Source: Rhodospirillales bacterium (GTDB lineage Bacteria > Pseudomonadota > Alphaproteobacteria > Rhodospirillales > JASLLZ01). Taken from it: a stretch of 64,000 bases of DNA. Below, in pieces: positions 59,587-64,000 of this stretch (position 1 is its first letter; each line of letters opens with the position of its first letter). Where the stretch lies: the NCBI GenBank assembly GCA_030746775.1, contig JASLLZ010000003.1, positions 7,435-71,434 of the forward strand, in the 5' to 3' direction. Made by a program: the position numbers and the translations under genes. The notes beneath the pieces are model-generated. The model saw only the letters and a program-made list of their open reading frames with translations. It searched no databases and had not been told where the DNA came from.

Positions 59587-60285
59587 TCACGCTTCGGTCG
59601 AGACGATTACCGACGGCGTCTTGGTGACGGTACCGGACTTCCCACTGCCGCCGACGCGCGACGGATCGGGTTCGTCGTGCAGGGCCGTGATCATTTGCTT
59701 GATCGCCTCTTCGACGATTTCCTTCGTCTTGTCCGCCCCGGCCACATCGCCCGGATGATCTGCCTGGTGGAGGGCCGATGCCGCGACACTGGCAACGTTG
59801 CGGGCCTGGACGGCGATGCGTTGCACCGTTTTTACCAGATCGGCCATGCCTTGGCGCACGGCGGTCGAGTTGCCCGCGCCGGCAGAAGCGATGTCATCCT
59901 TGGCTCCGACCAGGGCGTTGCGCGCCTTGTCGACCATTCCGCCGGCCATCTTGGCGATCATCTCCGCCGTCTTGGCATCCCCCTTGGCCACCGCCATCTG
60001 GGCCTGGAACAGGAAGACCTCCATCAGTTCGTCGATGACGGCCAGATCATCGCCGCCCGGCGTACCAGAGTGGGCCAGTTTCTGTTGCAGCTGTTCGCCC
60101 CTGGCCTTGACCTCGGCCGGATCGTCCTTGCCGAGACCGACCGGAGGCTCGACGACATCATGGGGAAGGACGCCACCACCGTGCTTGGTATCGACAGTGG
60201 CTGAATCCGATTCGGCGACCGGCCGCTCAGGAGCGTTTTGTACAGGCCTTGCGGGAGCATCGAAGTCAAAACTAAAGCCGGTCAT
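59587..60285 (-). CDS. hypothetical soluble alpha-helical protein (232 aa)
   Basis: Neighbour-like codon usage, and no TM segment or signal peptide. No motif recognised. Confidence 0.5.
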   Translation of the reverse strand: MTGFSFDFDAPARPVQNAPERPVAESDSATVDTKHGGGVLPHDVVEPPVGLGKDDPAEVKARGEQLQQKLAHSGTPGGDDLAVIDELMEVFLFQAQMAVAKGDAKTAEMIAKMAGGMVDKARNALVGAKDDIASAGAGNSTAVRQGMADLVKTVQRIAVQARNVASVAASALHQADHPGDVAGADKTKEIVEEAIKQMITALHDEPDPSRVGGSGKSGTVTKTPSVIVSTEA

Positions 60286-60458
60286 TCTGACCTCCTTTCA
60301 TCTCACATCTCTCGAACCACAGGTGCGTGGCAATCCGCCTACTGCGAACCACCACTCGACCCCTTCTGGGGATCGCAAACTCCTGCTCGCTGAAATAATG
60401 CCATAAACCTTGGCAAATTTGCGACCCTAAATGACATTGGATCTTTTCGGGCCCCCAG

Positions 60459-62264
60459 TCACATTGCTTCCAATTCGTCGATGAAGCCGGAGACCACGCC
60501 CAGGCCCCGGCCCCAGAAGGCCGCATTCTCGGCATTCAAATCGAGGGGAGCCAAAAGCTCCTTATGGCGGCGCGTGCCCCCGGCGCGCAACATATCACGG
60601 TATTTCTTCGCAAAATCCGCGTGCCCCGCACGGTAGACATCGTACAGCGAGTTGACCAGACAATCGCCAAAGGCATAGGCGTAAACATAGAACGGGGTAT
60701 GCAAGAAATGGGGGATATAGGCCCAATAGTGGCGATAGTCGTCATCGAACCTGATGGCCGGCCCCAGGCTCTCGCTCTGCACGTCGAGCCATATCTCACC
60801 CAGCCGTTCGGCCAATAACTCGCCCTCGCGCCGTTCGTCGTGGACCCGGCACTCGAAATCATGGAAGGCGATCTGACGGACCACCGTGTTCAACATGTCC
60901 TCGACCTTGCCGGCGATCAGGATGCGCCGCCGCCGGGGCTCGGTCTCGCCGTCCAGCAGGGCTTGAAACGTCAGCATCTCGCCGAACACGGACGCCGTTT
61001 CGGCCAGGGTGAGCGGCGTCTCCGACATCAAGGCCCCATGCGGCGCCGCCAGGATCTGGTGAATTCCATGGCCCAGTTCATGGGCCAGGGTCGCCACGTC
61101 ACGGGCCCGGCCGTGATAGTTGACCAAGATATAGGGATGAACCGAAGGAACCGTCGGGTGGCAAAACGCGCCCGAGTCCTTGCCCGGACGAAGCGCCGCG
61201 TCGATCCACGGCTTGTCGAAAAATCTGCGCGCGATGTCCGCCAACTCGGGGTCGAAGGCGCCGTAAGCCGCCAACACCAGATCCCGCGCTTCGGCCCATT
61301 CATAGCGTCGGTCGGCGGCCTCGGGCAGGGGCGCGTTGCGGTCCCAGTAGTCGAGTTGTTCGGCGCCGAACCAGCGCGCCTTGAGGCGATAATAGCGGTG
61401 GCCGAGGGCGCCATAGGACTCCTTGACCGATTGAACCAGCGCATCGACAACGCCGTCTTCCACCTGATTGGCCAGGTTGCGTTCGGATACCGGCCGCGCA
61501 TACTGGCGCCAGTCGTCCTCGATGGCTTTGTCCTTGGCCAATGTATTGGTGATCAGGGCGAACAGCCGCACATTGTCGTTGAGCGCGCCGCCCAGGCTCT
61601 TGGCCGCCCGACGCCGGGTCACGCCGTCGGCGTCGGAAAGCAGGTCCAGGACCTCGGAAAGCGTCAGTGACCGCCGCCCCATGGAAAACCTCAGATCGGC
61701 CGTCGATTCTTCGAAGAGGCGCACCCAGGCGGCTCGCCCGGCAACCGCTTTTTCGTGCAAAAGGCGTTCCAGGTCATCCGAAAGCTGGTGGGGGCGAAAG
61801 ACTCTGAGATCGCGAATCCAAGGTGCATAGCGGGCCGTGTCGGGGTGTTCCATTTTCTCCGCCAGCAAGTCGTCGGCCAGGCGGTTGATCTCAAGGGTGA
61901 AAAACAGGGTCTCGCTCGATATGGCCGTCACCCCTTCGTGCATGTCTTGGTGAAATTGCGCCGCCTCGGCGCTGCTGACGTCGGCGGCGAGAAGGAGCTG
62001 TGCGTAGCTCATGACCCGGTTAACGATCTCGCCGATGCGCTCGAACTCGGCGATGGCGGCGCCGAAGGCGGCACCGTCCATTTCCGCCAGCCGGCCCTCG
62101 TGGCGCTTGCGAAAGGACCGGGCCCGCCGCCGCGCTTTTCCAAGATCGGTAGCGATGCGCGGTGAACTCGGTCCGGGATAGAAATCGCCCAGGTCCCATT
62201 GCGGCAGGGTCCCGGACCGGGTGCGGCGGGTTTTTTTCTTGATCGGCTTCGATGCGGCAGTCAT
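60459..62264 (-). CDS. pepF: M3-family oligoendopeptidase (PepF-like)
   Basis: 601 aa with the zinc site HELGHGIH. Confidence 0.92.
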   Translation of the reverse strand: MTAASKPIKKKTRRTRSGTLPQWDLGDFYPGPSSPRIATDLGKARRRARSFRKRHEGRLAEMDGAAFGAAIAEFERIGEIVNRVMSYAQLLLAADVSSAEAAQFHQDMHEGVTAISSETLFFTLEINRLADDLLAEKMEHPDTARYAPWIRDLRVFRPHQLSDDLERLLHEKAVAGRAAWVRLFEESTADLRFSMGRRSLTLSEVLDLLSDADGVTRRRAAKSLGGALNDNVRLFALITNTLAKDKAIEDDWRQYARPVSERNLANQVEDGVVDALVQSVKESYGALGHRYYRLKARWFGAEQLDYWDRNAPLPEAADRRYEWAEARDLVLAAYGAFDPELADIARRFFDKPWIDAALRPGKDSGAFCHPTVPSVHPYILVNYHGRARDVATLAHELGHGIHQILAAPHGALMSETPLTLAETASVFGEMLTFQALLDGETEPRRRRILIAGKVEDMLNTVVRQIAFHDFECRVHDERREGELLAERLGEIWLDVQSESLGPAIRFDDDYRHYWAYIPHFLHTPFYVYAYAFGDCLVNSLYDVYRAGHADFAKKYRDMLRAGGTRRHKELLAPLDLNAENAAFWGRGLGVVSGFIDELEAM

Positions 62265-62354
62265 GGCTTAACTCCTTGCCCCAAACAGCGGTATAAGGCT
62301 GGATGGGAAAGTCGGCAAGCGGCACGGCGGAAGCGGAATGACGGGAGCAAACAA

Positions 62355-64000
62355 ATGAGCGCCAACACCTGGCCCAATCTGGTAGCCATGTTTTTCGATC
62401 GGGCGGAGCGCCACGGCGACGCCCCCTTTCTATGGGCCAAGCGCGACGGCATCTTCCACCCCGTAACCTGGCGCCAAGCCGCCGAACAGGTGATTGCCCT
62501 GGCCCGCGGCCTGAAGAACTTGGGGCTGGAGGCCGGCGAGCGGGTCGTCTTGGTGTCGGAGAACCGTCCCGAGTGGCTGATTGCCGACATTGCCATCATG
62601 GCGGCCGGCGGCGTCACGGTTCCCGCCTATACCACCAACACCGGGGACGATCACCTGCACGTGGCCGAAAACAGCGGGGCCAAGGGAGCCATCGTCTCGA
62701 CAAGCAAGCTGGCCAAAAATTTCCTGCCCGCGGCCCACCGGGCCGATGACATGGATTTCGTGATCACCATGGAAGCGCCCGATATCAGCCAGCACCTCAG
62801 CGTCAATCTGCACCTCTGGGGCGACGTTCTGGCCGACGGGGCGGCGGGAACGTTCGACGTTGCCGCCGACGCCGGACGGTGGCGGCGCGGCGACACGGCC
62901 TGCATCATTTACACGTCTGGCACCGGTGGCGCGCCGAAGGGCGTGATGCTTCACCACGGCGCCATCCTGCACAACTGTTGGGGTGCCGCCGATGCCCTCC
63001 GCGAGCTTGAACTGGGCGACGAGGTTTTTCTTTCCTTCCTGCCCCTATCCCATTCCTACGAGCACACGGCGGGGCAGTTCTTTCCGCTGTCGATCGGCGC
63101 CCAGATTTATTACGCCGAGGGCATCGAAACGCTCGGCGCCGACATGGCCCAGGCCAAGCCCACCATCATGACGGCGGTGCCCAGGCTTTACGAGATGCTT
63201 CACGCCCGCATCACGCGGGGTCTCAAGTCCAAAGGCGGCCTGAGCCAGAAGCTGTTCGACAAGGCACTCGACCTGGGCACCCGGCGCTACCACGACCCTG
63301 GCGCGCTCGGCCTCGGCGAGCGGGCGATGAACACGGTCCTCGACGCCCTGGTGCGCTCCAAGGTGCGGGGCCGCTTTGGCGGCCGTCTCAAGGCACTGGT
63401 TTCCGGTGGCGCGCCGCTCAATCCCGACATCGGCATCTTTTTTACGGCGCTCGGCTTACGCATCCTGCAAGGCTACGGCCAGACCGAGGCGGCGCCGGTC
63501 ATCAGCGTCAACCGACCGGTCAAGGCGAAGATGCACACCGTCGGTCCCCCCATGCTCGACGTCTCCGTGCGCATTGCCGAGGATGGCGAGATTCTGGTCC
63601 AAGGCGACTTGGTCATGCAGGGTTACTGGCGCAACGAGGATGCAACCCGCGAAGTCATCCGCGACGGCTGGCTGCACACCGGCGACGTCGGCCTGATGGA
63701 CGAGGACGGCTACATCGTCATCACCGACCGCAAGAAGGACATCATCGTCAATTCGGGCGGCGACAATTTGTCGCCCCAGCGGGTCGAGGGCATCCTGTCC
63801 CTTGAGCCGGAGATCGCCCAGGCCATGGTCCACGGTGACCGGCGGCCGCATCTGGTGGGACTGTTGGTGCCCGACGGCGAATGGATGGAAAAATGGGCGG
63901 CGGACCACGCTCGTCCCGCCGACCTGGCCGTCCTGGCCAACGACGACGATTTCCAAAAGGACCTGGGCGCCGCCGTAAGCCGCGTCAACGAGGGCCTATC
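62355..64000 (+). CDS. long-chain acyl-CoA synthetase (AMP-binding), 3'-truncated by the window end
   Basis: Hand translation from ATG 62355: MSANTWPNLVAMFFDRAERHGDAPFLWAK...; IIYTSGTGGAPKGVMLHH at about 62900; GYGQTE and GWLHTGD further on. The frame stays open to 64000. It is absent from the ORF track, presumably because there is no stop. Confidence 0.88.
   Translation, partial: MSANTWPNLVAMFFDRAERHGDAPFLWAKRDGIFHPVTWRQAAEQVIALARGLKNLGLEAGERVVLVSENRPEWLIADIAIMAAGGVTVPAYTTNTGDDHLHVAENSGAKGAIVSTSKLAKNFLPAAHRADDMDFVITMEAPDISQHLSVNLHLWGDVLADGAAGTFDVAADAGRWRRGDTACIIYTSGTGGAPKGVMLHHGAILHNCWGAADALRELELGDEVFLSFLPLSHSYEHTAGQFFPLSIGAQIYYAEGIETLGADMAQAKPTIMTAVPRLYEMLHARITRGLKSKGGLSQKLFDKALDLGTRRYHDPGALGLGERAMNTVLDALVRSKVRGRFGGRLKALVSGGAPLNPDIGIFFTALGLRILQGYGQTEAAPVISVNRPVKAKMHTVGPPMLDVSVRIAEDGEILVQGDLVMQGYWRNEDATREVIRDGWLHTGDVGLMDEDGYIVITDRKKDIIVNSGGDNLSPQRVEGILSLEPEIAQAMVHGDRRPHLVGLLVPDGEWMEKWAADHARPADLAVLANDDDFQKDLGAAVSRVNEGL

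Overview
This is a high-GC (roughly 60-65% by eye) chromosomal segment whose gene content and order look alphaproteobacterial, most like Rhodospirillales (inference from synteny only). It is dominated by conserved housekeeping genes. The left third is one long minus-strand block: thiD, glmM, folP, ftsH, tilS, cpoB-pal-tolB-tolA-tolR-tolQ-ybgC, ruvBAC, yebC-family, ymdB-like, 5-formyl-THF cyclo-ligase and zapA. Then come gap, thiE, efp, suhB, rpmE, hsp20, prpE, pfk, purEK, def, rpsU, pntAA-AB-B, pepF and a partial acyl-CoA ligase. I found no rRNA, tRNA, CRISPR array, transposase or integrase. The most interesting unexplained items are as follows. (1) A three-gene module at 24856-28284 looks like a second Tol/Ton/Mot-type ion-driven envelope motor and is not assignable to a known system. 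(2) A 270-bp element with near-perfect 36-40 bp terminal inverted repeats (MITE-like) exactly fills the glmM-thiD gap. (3) An ORF-free structured stretch between zapA and the 5-formyl-THF cyclo-ligase gene sits at the classic 6S RNA (ssrS) locus. (4) A ROSE-like hairpin masks the hsp20 SD and AUG. (5) An orphan TTAA-N7-TTAA site plus a strong terminator in a convergent gap suggests a small RNA with CCUCC motifs. (6) A receiver-domain protein with Glu at the phospho-acceptor position lies next to a membrane class III cyclase carrying a 24-bp tandem repeat. Many long ORFs in the six-frame track are antisense or out-of-frame artefacts of the high GC content. All functional calls rest on recognising motifs in the translated ORFs. 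No database search was run.
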